Shown in pieces: positions 39,068 to 52,730 of a DNA stretch of 64,000 bases (the stretch's first letter is position 1; every line of letters begins with the position of its first letter). Source of the stretch: Octopus vulgaris (lineage: Eukaryota); contig OX597834.1 of assembly GCA_951406725.2 (NCBI GenBank), positions 22,196,001-22,260,000 on the forward strand, read 5' to 3'. The notes under the pieces are model-generated. The model saw only the letters and a list, made by a program, of their open reading frames with translations. It searched no databases and was not told the origin of the DNA. Made by a program: the position numbers and the translations under genes.

Positions 39068-39150
39068 ATTGGTTTCTCAAGCAGTGTTCCATTTCTGTTA
39101 ATGATGGAGAAGTGACATATATAAAAGGAGGAAGACAACGGAGAACAGTG
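39068..39150 (+). promoter_or_regulatory. Possible Pol II core promoter (reverse CCAAT, TATA, Inr-like)
   Basis: ATTGG at 39068-39072, TATATAAAAG at 39118-39127 and CAGT with its A at 39147 give spacings of about -77/-29/+1, inside a locally GC/CpG-richer non-repetitive stretch. Motif-only evidence. Confidence 0.2.
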
Positions 39151-39674
39151 GTGAGAGCAAGAGCGATGGGGGTGGAAGCAGAGTCAGGGGGGTGAATGGT
39201 TTTAAAGACAGTTTGTTCTTACAGAAGGAATTAGCAAAACAAACCAAAGTTTCTAGTTTGGGTTTTATCAAATATTTTCTCCAATCTTGCATACAGTGTC
39301 AACCAGACTGTTCCTCAGACATGTTAAACAGGTGAATGAACCCTTTTTTTTTTTTTTTTTTCTTTTTGGTGAAAGAGGGTCTCTCTTTTTATAATTTTTT
39401 CTTATCAGGAATGGGGTAAGGGTCCCCCATCGGACATCATTCCAAACAATTTCTTATATTGGAATCAATTTTTGTTTGTTTTTTGTTTTGTTTTTTTTAC
39501 CTAACAATTTCTTGATAGTAGGTTGGAGGGTAGCATGGCAGTGGGGTGGGGTTGTTTTTTTCTTTTTTGTCTCCCAGTAGAAACAGACCTCCCAAATATA
39601 GAAGACCTTCGAAAATATTTTTTTGCTTCTTTTTCTCATTTACTTGCCAGGTTTTACATACATTTACATGTATA

Positions 39675-39716
<42 letters not shown>

Positions 39717-40124
39717 TATATGTATATGTATACCTTTGCTGTTTTGCCTTATCTTATCAGGGCCTTCATTCCACCGCCATCATCCCTTCCCTTGGTATCT
39801 TAATGTGAAAACACTTTCTGGGCAGTTCCCTTTCTTATCTTCTCTATTTTCTAGCTTCTTCTTCTTCTTCTCCTCTCTGCTCCACTAATACAGGTCCCTT
39901 TCTGTCACCCACAGAAAGAGAGGGAGAAAGAGAAAGATACTGTGTACAAGGCTGTGTGTATATGTATGTATAAACATATATAAATAAGTGTATGTGTGTG
40001 TGTGTGTGCATGTTTTCTTTTTCTACTTAGCAGTTATTCATGAGATGATAAAGAACTCTGGTATCAAATACCATTTCTTAAAGAACATAGCCTAACTGCC
40101 TACTTACCTGCTTACTTTTCTCCA

Positions 40125-40155
<31 letters not shown>

Positions 40156-40481
40156 ACATACATACATGTCTGTGTGTATATCACATAGTTCCAGGTTCAA
40201 TCCCACTGTACAGCATCTTGGGCAAATAGCTTGTGCATGAACTTGGTTGGTGGAAACTGTGTGGAAGCATGCCGTTGCGTTTGTCCCCACCACTACTTGA
40301 CAACTGGTGATAGTTTGTTTACATCCCTGTCCCTTAGCAGTTTAGCAAAAGAGACTTGAAGATATATGCTGGAGTCACTTTGTTCTACTAAAATTCTTCA
40401 AGGCAGTGCCCCAGCCTGGCCATATTTCAAAGACTGAAACAAGTAAAGCAGAAGTAAAAACAAATTTGTATAGTTTGGAAC

Positions 40482-41179
40482 AACCCTTTAGCATTTCAAC
40501 CAACCATATCTGGCCCAGATGCTTTCCTTGTTTTATGTTCATACTACCCAGATCCAGCCTCTTGCACTTAACCAGAAATGTCATTCTAAGGAGATACCCT
40601 CTTACCTTTAAAATCTTGAAAGTATGAGATGATGAATGATTAATTCAAAGCACATAAATCAGAAATAACCATTACATTTGACAGAGTGATTTGAATGCTT
40701 AACCTTTTGTTACCGTATTTATTTTGAAACGCTCTGTATTTCTTTCAATTAATTTTAAATATAACAAAGAATTTAGTAAAATAACTTAGTTATCATTCAG
40801 CTAGTGTTAGGAACATAAATTGTGACTAAGGTTTGGAGGCAGATTTTAATTCAGAACTTTTGAAAACAAGACATTTATACTACAGAGCCAGAGCTGGTTT
40901 CAGCCAGGTTGATATCAAAAGGGTTAAGAATTGTTTCTCATTATATATTCTAACCCTTTCATTATCTTATTTATTTTGAGATGCTCTGTGTTTCTTTCGA
41001 TTAATTTTAAATATAACAAAGAATTTAGTAAAATAACTTAGTTATCATTCAGCTAGTGTTAGGAACATAAATTGTAACTAAGGTTTGGTGGAAGATTTTA
41101 TTTCAAAACTTATGAAAACAAGACATTTGTACTATAAAGTCAGAGGCAATTTCAGCCAAGTTGGTAATGAAAGGGTTAA
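40482..41179. mobile_element. Cluster of three TTAA-flanked piggyBac-like MITEs (40482-40702 family E; 40699-40927 and 40950-41179 family F)
   Basis: TTAA-CCTTTTG..AAAAGGG-TTAA and CTAA-CCCTTTCATTA..TAATGAAAGGG-TTAA; the two F copies are near-identical in the body. Confidence 0.8.
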
Positions 41180-42302
41180 TGGTTAATTACAGACAGTGGA
41201 TCTCATGGCCTCTGATCTTAACTGATTGGAAATATTATCATGTACATGTTTTGTTTTGGTATAAAAGATGGGCAACAGTAAATATTCTGCTCAATAACCA
41301 CAGATTTGCAGACATGCTGCAGTTGTGCATGTCCCTTAGTGGCTGACAATTTGTGCATCTCTGATCACAAGCAGGAGTAGTGGAGGGGCATCATAGCCAT
41401 GTATTGAGAGGAATAATCCATCCCTGGAAACATGGGTATTTCAATCATCATCATTAAACAACCCTTATTCAGGGACCTTTTGAGTGGGATGGGCTACTCA
41501 ACCTGAAAAAAAATTCTAACTGGGCCCCATTTGCAAGGTCATGCGCTGTTTATCTTGATATAAGATCACCATGTCGTGCACATGTGGTTGTGATGCATGT
41601 GCTTTATGTACCCTCATCAGATGAGTAGTCAGGATGGCTGTTATTAGACTTCCTATATTTGTACCCCAGCATCATTTTGATAGCATGTGCTGCTCTCGCA
41701 ATAATAAGATAATTGTAACATCTTTTGAGGAAAATCTCTTAAAATTTCTTATTGGCTTTCATTTGGAGTCGAGTAAACATCTGACTCACTGGGAAATCTT
41801 TGCCTCTCGTTATGTATCTACCTTGGAGTTAAGGTGGGGTAGAGCCAAAGGAGGGGAGGGGGTTAAATGATTTGCATATTTTACTTGGAAATGTTTCTGA
41901 GAAAGTTGAAAGACAAACCAAAGCCATGGCATCATTCATAGTTTATAGTTTACGAGGGAAAACATCTTTCACAAAATGTTTTTTCTTGTTTTTTGAGGTT
42001 GTTTTTTTTTTCATTTAAGAAACATGTATAAGTGTGTTTGTGTGTTCAATGTCTGTGTGTGTGTGTGTGTGTTTTGTAATCCTAGCTCTGTCTTATTAAG
42101 TATTATAAGGAGACACTCATTCTTGTATTGTTGCTTAACAATGTCCTCTCTCTCTATCTCTCTCCCTCTATCTATTTATCTATCTATCTATCTCCTCTTC
42201 TTCCTCTCTACTTCTCTCTTTTTCTTTCCCCCTCTCCCTCCTTCCAAGAATATGATTCACAACGCCTGTATTTCAATTGTCTCTAATTCCTCTGAGCTTC
42301 TC

Positions 42303-42348
<46 letters not shown>

Positions 42349-42930
42349 TCTCTCACTCTCTCCTTTTCCAAATTGTCTTCTTATCAACTATAAATGAATG
42401 AATGAATAAGGAGAGAAGAAAGAGGCAGCTAAAAATCAAATAAAACTAAAATAAAATTGAAATATGAACAAAAATCAACGAATGAATGAAAGATTCTGTT
42501 GTCACATTCTTTACATTAAGAATTTTGAAGGTGGCTGTGTGTGTGAGTGGGTGGGGGTGAGAAATATAAAACAAAAACAAAAACAAAACAAAATAAAATC
42601 TTCCGTCCCGAACTCTGTTAAACATTGTAATTACTTTTATTATTCGGAAAAGGAGAATGGAATATTTTATGAAACACGAGTGGTAATCTTCCAGCTGCAT
42701 CTTCAAAAAATGGTAAAAATTCTTTAAATGGAAGCAGTTTCTTTCTTGCTTTGTTTGCGGTTTTTAACGAAGATTGTTCTAATGGAATGGTTACAAAAGC
42801 AATGATGTTGATGTTTTTGAAAATAAAATATGATGTGAAAGTGAAAGTGAATGAATGTGAAGGAAGAATTGGTGGAGAGAAGAAGAATCGGTGGAGCGCC
42901 GGAATAAATGTCATGTCTTGTGAAAACTTT

Positions 42931-43033
42931 TGGCCTAGTGGTTAGGGTGTTGCTCACACAATTGTAAAGATTGTAGTTTCAGTTCCTGGGTCAGTCAATG
43001 TGTTATGTTTGTTCTTTGTGTTGATGATCATTA

Positions 43034-43083
<50 letters not shown>

Positions 43084-43396
43084 CACTCCGCTGGTTATAA
43101 CAATGAGGGTCCCAGCTGGTACGATCAACAGAACAGCTTGCTCGTGAAATTAATATGCAAGTGGCTGAGCACTCCACAGACACATGTACCCTTAACGTAG
43201 TTCTGAGGGAGATTCAGGATGACACAGAGTGTGACAAGGCTGGCCCTTTGAATTACAGGTACCACTCGTTTTTGCCAGCTGAGTGCACTGGAGCAATGTG
43301 AAATAAAGTATCTTGCTCAAGGTTACAATGCATTGCCAGGAATTGAACTCATAACCTTACAAATGTGAGCCGAATGCCCTAACCACTAAGCCACAT
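42931..43396. mobile_element. SINE C head (+, 42931-43020) and full SINE C (-, 43083-43396)
   Basis: TGGCCTAGTGGTTAGGGTG..TTCAGTTCCTGG on the plus strand; CCAGGAATTGAACTC..CCCTAACCACTAAGCCA marks the minus-strand copy. Confidence 0.75.
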
Positions 43397-43423
43397 AATA
43401 TATATATATATACATATATGTGT

Positions 43424-43583
43424 GAGGAAGAGGCCGACCAAAAACCCGCTGGCTTGACTCCATCAAGAGTGATACCGGAATGGACATAGCCAATCTGAAA
43501 GAAGCGGCCCAGGACAGAACTGATTGGAGGACACTGACCCAACAAGTGACCGAGAGTCGACTTTGACTGAGCGGATAGATAGA
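43424..43583 (+). mobile_element. RTE-clade (BovB-like) LINE 3' end, 5'-truncated
   Basis: Encodes GRGRPKTRWLDSIKSDTGMDIANLKEAAQDRTDWRTLTQQVTESRL*LSG* followed by a (TAGA)n tail; matches the RTE C-terminal signature GRPxxRWxD...A.DR..WR. Confidence 0.85.
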
Positions 43584-43988
43584 TGTAGGTATGTATGTAT
43601 GTATATACACAAACACACATGTATATGCACATGTGTGTGCTCATGTGAGGAGTTGTTTGTCTCTGTCTCCTTGCTTTGACATTGTGCAGTTGTTGTAAAT
43701 AAGCATCACTGTCATACATGCTTTGTTTCCAATCATCCATGAAAACGAGTAGTCATGGGGAAATTATTTTCTTACTTAGAAACAGGCGAGGGTTGGTGAC
43801 AGAAAGGGCATCCAGCCATAGAAAATCTGCCTTGACAAATTCTATTTGACCCGTGCAAGCATGGAAAAGCGGTCATTAAAAGAAGAAAGAAAAAAATGGT
43901 TGTGGTGACCATCATCATCATCATCCAACCTGTCGTTCTTTTATTTACTCCTTTTATTTATTTATTTGTGTGCTAGTTTCATATTAAA

Positions 43989-44208
43989 AGCACCTGTGCT
44001 GGTGCCGTGTATAAAGCACTGATGCTGGTGCGACATAAAAACCACCCAGTACACTCTGTAAAGTGGTTGGCATTAGGAAGGGCATCCAGCCATAGAAACT
44101 GTGCCAAAGCAGACAAATGGAACCTGGTGCAGCTCTCCAACCTTGCCAGCTCCTGTCGACCCGTCCAGCCCTTGCCAGCATGGAATATGATGGTAATTAT
44201 GATGATGA
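43989..44208 (+). mobile_element. Family B element, older variant
   Basis: GTGGTTGGCATTAGGAAGGGCATCCAGCCATAGAAAC..GCCAGCATGGAA..GATGATGAT. Confidence 0.7.
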
Positions 44209-44502
44209 TTTTAGATATTAAGGTTCTGCATTTGAAGACATATTTTTGGCTACTATTTCTAGCAGGTTAGCAGGGCTATCATCGCCGCCACCACCACCAC
44301 CACCTCTTCCTCATCTTGATGGCACAACTGTGTATGTGTGTGTGTGTGTGCATGAGAATCAGATTTAAGAAATATTTAACGACAGCAACAACAACAACAT
44401 TGAAATAAAAAATTTCTGTGACCTTCCAACAGTAAACCAGGGCAGATCCTGCTGTTTCTCCACCCTTAGACACACAAACACACAACATAGATACTCCCCA
44501 CC

Positions 44503-44538
<36 letters not shown>

Positions 44539-44959
44539 CCAAAATTTGTTTAACATTGAAGTGAACCCCTAAGTCCCGAAATATTATCAACTGTTTGCCT
44601 CTTAACTTCCTTTATTTATATTTTCATTGCCACTGATCCTACAGGACCTGTTTATATTTGCTATCCCAGAATCCCCTAGAGTGTGCCATTAAGTCAGAGT
44701 TATAAACATACAGCTTTTTAATAGAGACCCCAAACTGTCACTCTGGCTTCGTTTCTCTTAAAAACAGATACATTCGTCCAGACTCTCCCAGGCTATCCCT
44801 TGCATCTGTCTGTTTCACTGAAACTTGTGTCTCAAAACTATCTACATATATATATATATATATCAATTAAAATGTATATATATTTGTCTGTCTGTCTATT
44901 TCTATCTGTATGTCTATCAGTATATCTGTCTGACTGTCTATCTATTTCTATCTATCTAT

Positions 44960-45118
44960 CTCTATGTGTGTGTTTGTGTGTATATATATGTATGTATATA
45001 TATATATATGTATGTGTGTATATATGTATGTATGCATGTATATATATGTATGTATATATATGTATATATGTATGTATATATGTATGTATATATATATATG
45101 AATATATATGTATATGTG

Positions 45119-45217
<99 letters not shown>

Positions 45218-45240
45218 CATACATACACATACACACACCT
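44960..45240. repeat. (TA)/(TATG)n microsatellite
   Basis: Direct inspection. Confidence 0.9.
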
Positions 45241-45510
45241 GTATAATAATCAACACTTTTCCACTTTTACTTATCAGAAAACCAAGCCATGGGGCTTCAT
45301 TTCTACAAGTTTACCTTTCTCGTGATGCTGCTGTAAACATTTTTCTCTGATTTTTATCACTGATTTATTACTTTATTTATTCATTTATTCTGTAATATTC
45401 TAAAATAGCTATATGATTAGACATTTTTACTAATAAATAAAGAAGTGACTTTGCCAAAAATATCAACCTTAAATCATCAGACATGATTTTTAATATTATT
45501 ATTATTATTA

Positions 45511-45542
<32 letters not shown>

Positions 45543-45544
<2 letters not shown>

Positions 45545-45920
45545 AGTGGTGAGCTGGCAGAATCGTTATCACGCCAGACAAAATGCTTAGCTTTGGCTTT
45601 CATCCTTTCAGGGTAAAATAAGTACCAGTTGAATACTGGGGATCGATGTAATCAATTTGCACATCCCCCCCCCCCCAAAAAAAAAATTGCTGGCGTTGTC
45701 CAAAATTTGAAACCACTATTGTTGTTGTTGCTGTTTCGGTATGCTTGACCAAATGCTTAACAGCACTGAGTTCAAATTCTGCCAAGGTCAACTATGCCTT
45801 TCATCCTTTTGGGGTTAATAAGATAAGTAACCAGTCAAGTGTACTGCAGGTCAATGTAATTGGCTAGCCCCCTCCCTCAAAATTTCAGGCCCTTTGCCTA
45901 TAGTTGAAAGGATTTTTATT
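45543..45920 (+). mobile_element. Two SINE family D copies in tandem
   Basis: GAGCTGGCAGAATCGTTA..AAAATGCTTAG and CTGAGTTCAAATTCTGCCAAGGTCAAC..CCTTTCATCCTTTTGGGG. Confidence 0.7.
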
Positions 45921-46270
45921 ATTACCTCCACCTTAGTGAAGGTGAAGGTGTTGTTTTCAGTTGTGTTTGTTTGTCCGTGGATAAGATCTCAAGAACTGTT
46001 GAATGGATTCAAATGAAACTTTCGGGGCTGTTTGGCCTTGTTACTGCCACAAACTGATTATTTTGGGATCGATCCAGTACCAGATAAGGATTCTGAATTA
46101 TTTTTCCTGTTTACTTAATTTGTTAGAGCGGTCGGGTTCATTTTTAGTATTCTCGTTTTTGAGAGCAGTCGAGTTTATTTCAGATATTCTCATTTTAAAA
46201 ATCATCTCTGGCTAATCATTGAGTGGACGTTGGTGTTGCCTTGGCAGAGGTTTGCTCTCTCTGTGTGCTC

Positions 46271-46272
<2 letters not shown>
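45921..46272 (+). mobile_element. Helentron-associated (HINE/DINE-1-like) non-autonomous element
   Basis: Starts ATTACCTCCACC, has a GTTTGTTTGTCCGT microsatellite and a GATGGATT..ATGAAACTT-like core, and ends with the subterminal inverted CCTTGGCAGAGGT plus a short stem-loop, inside ATT/T-rich flanks. Confidence 0.6.
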
Positions 46273-46301
<29 letters not shown>

Positions 46302-47679
46302 GATTATTATTCAACTTGACTCAGGTTTGGTCTTATTCTGAGTAGAATTTATGTGTGTGGCAGGTTACTACTTGTAAACTTTAGATATCCACAAGCTCTC
46401 AGTAGTCTTTCAAGTGTTCAAAACCTTTCTGATAATCTTTCCTATTATTATTATTATTATTATTTTGGGGATTGATAAATTAAGTACCAGTGAAACACTG
46501 GGGTCGATGTAATCAACTAGTTCACTTCCCACCAAATTTCAGGCCTTGTGCCTATAGCAGAAAGGATTGTTATTATTATTAATAATAATGAGTGAGACAA
46601 CACCTCATGTGTGTATATTTAATTACCAAATCATTTAGAGTATTTTTAATTAAACCTTAAAACCTTCCATCAAAATTCGAGATATTTTACTAAATTGTCC
46701 ATTATTTTCAATCCATTATTTTCAAATTAATTAAAACAAAACAGAAATCTGGTAACGAAATTGTTTAACAAAGAGGAAACAATTGAAACCCCAACATCTT
46801 TGCTCGTAGATTTACTCAATCAGGGGAGCTAACTGGAGCTGAACAACAACACTCACAACAATAAGCCGATCTATTTACAAGGTTCAGATAAAGGGAAATT
46901 AGTCTGAAGCATGTGACACTTGCCCGTGGCATCACACACCCATGAGGTTAAGATAATTTATGACGACTCTAAGAGAGATAGCATCAACAAGTTTGATGGT
47001 GAACACTAGACACAGGTTGCAATGGCTATCCAATTTAAAACTTTGCCGCCAGCATTAAAAAAAGAAAAAAAACATGCAATATGGTAACCAGGACAAACGA
47101 CATGAAGTTATTTAACATTTTAATTAAAAGGGACAATATTGATTTTCTCACAAACATGAGCTTTTAAATATTTCATCGAACTATTATTTTTTATTGGTTA
47201 ATCTTTTACAGTTCTAATTTCTCCAATTCTCTGATGTTCTGGAAACTTTCCTGCTTTTCTCCACATCCTCCCCACCACCTTTGTCAGCTTCTCTTATTTA
47301 CCTCATGGGTTTCTTCTATCTGCTTCAGTTACTTAACTACAGCCATGCTTGGGCATCGCCTTGGAAGGCTTAGTCAAAGATATACCTATACCTGGAACTA
47401 GAGAAGTTCCAGGTATAGGAAGCAAGGTCCAGAATGAAAGGGCCTTAGAGTTGACCTAGCAAAAACCAAACTCATAGTAAGTAGGAAGGCAAACAAATCA
47501 CAAATCTCTCAGATGGATAGCCCAGCCCAACCTGTCGAAGAGGTGTAGGTAGAAACTGCATCCTTCAAAACTTCCATGCTTCCTGAGATTCGCCAACACT
47601 ACACCTGATTTTCTCCCCTCCATACACACGGAAACATGTATCTGACTCGTACACTGTTCGCTTTCCAAACATTTGTTAT

Positions 47680-48121
47680 CTAAATTAAAACCTTCCAGCA
47701 AAATTTCATGTTAATTTATGTTACAAACACCATCCTAATAAGGACAGGTTTGTTTTAATAAATTCTTTATTATTTTCCATAATTAATTGAAACAGAGCAG
47801 TGTCTTTCAACATAAACATGGTAGCAAATGGGTTGAGGGGTTGAGTTTGGATTTGAGGGAGATTTGACAGCTATACCTTTTGGTTGTTGTTGAGAGCTCT
47901 CTTGTTATTAATAACAAGACAAAATACAGATTGAATCCATATACCTTCCATATACCTCTTCCTTCTTCCTCACCATGGGGTTGGACATGTTTAAAAAATT
48001 TTTAAATCATCTTCACCCTTTTGATGTCAATCCAACTAAGACCACCCCAGAGTCTTGATGCAAACTTCATGTTTTCAAGTGAGCTAAATTAAAATCTTCC
48101 ATATGGCAAAGAAAGGGTTAA
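47680..48121. mobile_element. Family F MITE fragments (47680-47836 and an internally deleted 48012-48121)
   Basis: CTAAATTAAAACCTTCCA..AAATTTCATGTTAATTTATGTT; TTCA-CCCTTTTG..AAAGGG-TTAA. Confidence 0.55.
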
Positions 48122-48587
48122 AATGGTAATTTTTTTTTTTTTTCTTTTTACCTGTCTTTTAGAACGAAAAAGAATAAATAAAATCCTCCAGATATTTCTG
48201 ACTAGCCAATGTTATTTGATACCTGTAAGTTTACTAAGTGTGCCATGATCACCATCATCATCATCACCATCAGTGTATGTTCTTGTGATTCTACCTTAGA
48301 GTTTTGGTTGAGAACATTATTATTATGATTATGGCGTGCAATCTTTTAAGATTGTCTTATCATAACAGCACCCATCAGAGACGACATACTTCTCCGCTCT
48401 CTATCTTCTATTCATAACAACAAAAATATCTCTGCGTAAATGTGTAAATAACATTCATATATACACACACACATATATATATATATACACATACACACAC
48501 ACACATCCATTTATACACACATTTTTACATACGTTCATATATATATATACACACTCACATACATATATATACACATTTTTACATACG

Positions 48588-48629
<42 letters not shown>

Positions 48630-49329
48630 TATATATGCATACATATATTTAGAGGAAATTCTCACTCTCTCTCTATTTCTCTCTCTCTCTCATCACTTTA
48701 TATTTGTGTATATGTTTGTATGCTCACACGGATATAACCATACATATGTACATATTCACACACACACACACACACACACACATACATATACAGATATGCA
48801 CACACATACACACACATAAATTCAAATCTAGAGCCATGTCTAAAATGACACAAACTACAAGATTTTGTCTAAATTTAGTCTGCTATTCTCTCATCCCGCT
48901 TCTCAAAAAATGTAACTCACTATGAAATAAATATAACTTGGTATTTTGCTTACAGGGTCTTATCTTTGCTTATCATAAAATCTAAATGATGAACAAGCAG
49001 ACACACACACACACACACACATACACCTACACACACTCATAGATGTACTCTTTTTTTTTCCTTTCTCTCAGATAACAATTTTTTTGTTTCTAATATTGAA
49101 GAGTTCCTCAGATTTGTTGATGTGAGATTAAAAAAAAATATGTAAGAACACTTATTTCCAAAACATATCTTATTGAAGAATTCTATGAAACATCCAGTCT
49201 TTAGACTTATCATTTAATTATGATAATTATTCTGAAGCATTTTTTTTTTTTGTGGCTGAGATCTATTGGTTGATTCATTGTTTCTTTACCTGAGCATTCA
49301 AGCCAACAATTTGCATCCATCTTTTTTTT

Positions 49330-49729
49330 TTTTAGTTGTTTCAGTCATTTTTTACTACGGCCATGCTGGAGCACCGCCTTTAATCGAGCAACAAAAACCC
49401 CGGGACTTATTCTTTGTGAGCCCAGTACTTATTCTATCGGTCTCTTTTGCCGAACCGCTAAGTGACGGGGACATAAACACACCAGCATCGGTTGTCGAGC
49501 AATGCTGGGGGGACAAACACAGACACACAAACATACACGCACATACATATATATATACATATATACGACAGGCTTCTTTCAGTTGCCGTCTACCAAATCC
49601 ACTCACAAGGCTTTGGTCGGCCCGAGGCTATAGTAGAAGACACTTCCCCAAGGTGCCACGCAGTGGGACTGAACCCGGAACCATGTGGTTGGTAAACAAG
49701 CTACTTACCACACAGCCACTCCTGCGCCT
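49330..49729 (-). mobile_element. SINE family A, full length
   Basis: Highly similar to the 28961 and 32087 copies. Confidence 0.9.
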
Positions 49730-49755
49730 ATGTATCAGATTCTTAAGGGAAAGCG

Positions 49756-50020
49756 GCGGCGGCGATGATGATGATGATGAGGATAATGATAGTGGAGATG
49801 ATGATGCTGCTGGTGATACTGATGATTACCGTGGTGATGGCAATGATACAGCTAATGATAGTGGTGATGATGATGATGACAGTGATGATGTTGATGATGG
49901 TGATGACAGTGATGAGGCTAATGATAGTGGCGATGATGATGATGACAGTGATGATGATGTTGATAATGGTGATGACAATGATGAGGATAATGATAGTGGA
50001 GATGATGATGATGATGACGA
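49756..50020. repeat. (GAT)n-derived array with higher-order repeats
   Basis: GATGAGGATAATGATAGTGGAGATGATGAT and GCTAATGATAGTGG.GATGATGATGATGACAGTGATGATG each occur twice. Confidence 0.85.
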
Positions 50021-51200
50021 CCCGCACCCCTACACATACAATGGTAGAAAAGCCCAACTATTTTAACCCCAAAACATAAATGAATCCCACAAGGCCATTT
50101 TGCCAACTGCTCCACCAATTCTGGCGCTGCCATTCCTGACTTCCCCCACTCCCAATCATATAAATTGCAATAACACTAATGTGTCTCAGTTTAATTATTA
50201 AATTACCGTGACCCCCACAACAACAACAACGACAACAACAATATGTTAATGTTCTTGGATCTGGACAAGCACCCGGTCTTAAACACCACAAGTCATGCAA
50301 CACATGAGTCCCTCAGCAATTTTCGTGTAATGTGACAGTAGTTTGTTGGGCTGGGATTTGGCAGGAGGGCTGATTATGTCTGTGACGATGCCTACTCATG
50401 GTTCCTCTTTGTGTGTATATGTGTATATATATATGTGTGTGTGTATTACATACACCCATACACATGCATATAAATCCATACACTGAAAGAAAATGGTCAT
50501 TAAACCACCTCAGAGTGTGTGTTTCTTTCCTTCTCTCTCGCTTTCTCTCTCACATATGCACATATATACATACACACACATACACTCACACATACACATA
50601 TACACACGCACACATATACACACACACCCACATACACTCACACATACAAACATACATACATATATATATACACACACACACACAGAGATTCATTTGTTTA
50701 ACAGCTGTTTTTTCATAATGTAGAAATGTGTATGTTTGTGTGTGTGTGTACATAAAAAAATGTGTTAGTTTTTGTAAGGAAAAGGTCGACAGTAACTTCA
50801 AAGTTTTGGCTTACTATTAAGTCGGAACTTCAAAGTCACTATCAACATTATTCCTTGTAAAAATTAATATCTACTGTGCTAATAAAAAAAAAAAAAGTGT
50901 TGAGTAATCCTTCAGTTTAATATTAAATCACTTTTATATATTACTTGACATAAAAACAAACATTAATAAATATTGTGTTTGTGTGCAATAGGTTGAATTC
51001 TGAAAGCCCAATTCAGAAACAGGCAACTAGAGTTGCACTCTTGGTATTGCAGTAATAGATGTGTCATTTCTCAACAGACAAGCAGGCAAAGCCATCAAAA
51101 TGAATGGGTCATTTTTAAAATTAAATCATCACACGATATGATGTAAGTGTTGCGTTTTCATTACACACGCAAGAATATATCAATATATGTGTATGTATGC

Positions 51201-51246
<46 letters not shown>

Positions 51247-51534
51247 CTACACACACATATATTTACATATATAAATATATATACGCATATATATATATTC
51301 ATATATGTGTGTGTGTGTGTTTAGAGAGAGAGTAAGACTATAGTCAGTTTATTGAGTGTCTAGGATATGAGGGTCTCCTGATAATTAAACACATCATAGT
51401 TTAGTTCTTCCTTTCCAACTTATCCCCCCCACGCCTACTCCCCTCCCTTCCTTCCCCACCTCACGGATAGGAAAATGATTGATGTTAGGAGAAGCAACCA
51501 TCCATAAAACATTTGAACACAGACAAATAAATAA

Positions 51535-51566
<32 letters not shown>

Positions 51567-51729
51567 TTGTGTGTAAATGATCAACTCCTGTTACATCTAA
51601 TTAAGAGACTGGCTGTCTGTCTGTCCGTGTGTCTTTATTATGTGTATCTATGTATCTTACTTTATCACGTTTTGCATATCTTTCGTTCTTTCACCCCTCC
51701 CCTCTTTTCCGTTTTGGCCATCTCCTTCT

Positions 51730-51779
<50 letters not shown>

Positions 51780-52438
51780 GTCACTAAAACAAACCTACCA
51801 ACGATTATGTGAGACATTTACAATATAGATCTTAAAAGCGATTCAAAGAACTTTGTCCAAAATTTCTTATTCTCTCTTTGTTATCTCAGCACATAGATTT
51901 TGAAGGTACACTACAAAGCTGTCTGTCCAGTGTTCTAACAAACCCACCAATTCGCCACTTCTCTGTTAGCTCTGATAGGGATTCAATTTCAACTTGCAGT
52001 CAAAACTACATACTACATACATATATACACACAGGTGTAGACACATGGACAGGTTTTTTTTTTATCGAATTGGAGAGCACCACACAGTTCAGATTTAGTC
52101 AATGTCTCCTCACAAATTTTGACACATTTTCTGTTATTTTGTTCTAAATCAATTGTATTTAACAAGCTTTCTGCAATCAGGGAGGATGGGGATCTTAGTA
52201 TTCTTGGTTTTGTTTCTTTTTTTTATCATTCCACTTTTTGCACCAACCTTCTTCACGTTTTTTCCATGTTTCTCCTTTTTTTTTCTGTCCAGTATCCTTG
52301 TTTTTAAAAATATACATAAAGCATAAACAGAGCCCCGAAAGATTACTTTAAGATACATGGCGTATTTTATAAATATGCCTGTTCAAGTATCATGAAAGCA
52401 TGAAACTATTAGTAGCTCTTTTGGTAATATATTTACAT

Positions 52439-52439
<1 letters not shown>

Positions 52440-52490
<51 letters not shown>

Positions 52491-52730
52491 ATATATGTAT
52501 GTGTGTATATATGTATGTGTGTATATATATATGTGTGTATATATATATATATACATATATGTATGTATATATATATGTATGTATATATATAAATATGTAT
52601 GTATATATATATGTATGTATATATATATATATATGTATGTATGTATGTATATATATATATATATGTATGTATGTATGTATGTATATATATATATGTATGT
52701 ATGTATGTGTATATATATATATATATATAG
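52440..52730. repeat. (TA)/(TATG)n microsatellite
   Basis: Direct inspection. Confidence 0.9.

Noticed and set aside
41190-41700. Non-simple ~500-bp segment, possibly a TE fragment or exon
   Set aside because: Single copy in the window, no recognisable ORF, termini or motif; cannot be classified without a search.
49266-50066. 266-aa ORF
   Set aside because: Chimera of an antisense SINE A and a (GAT)n array; the same SINE-derived peptide recurs at 25274, 29153 and 32258.
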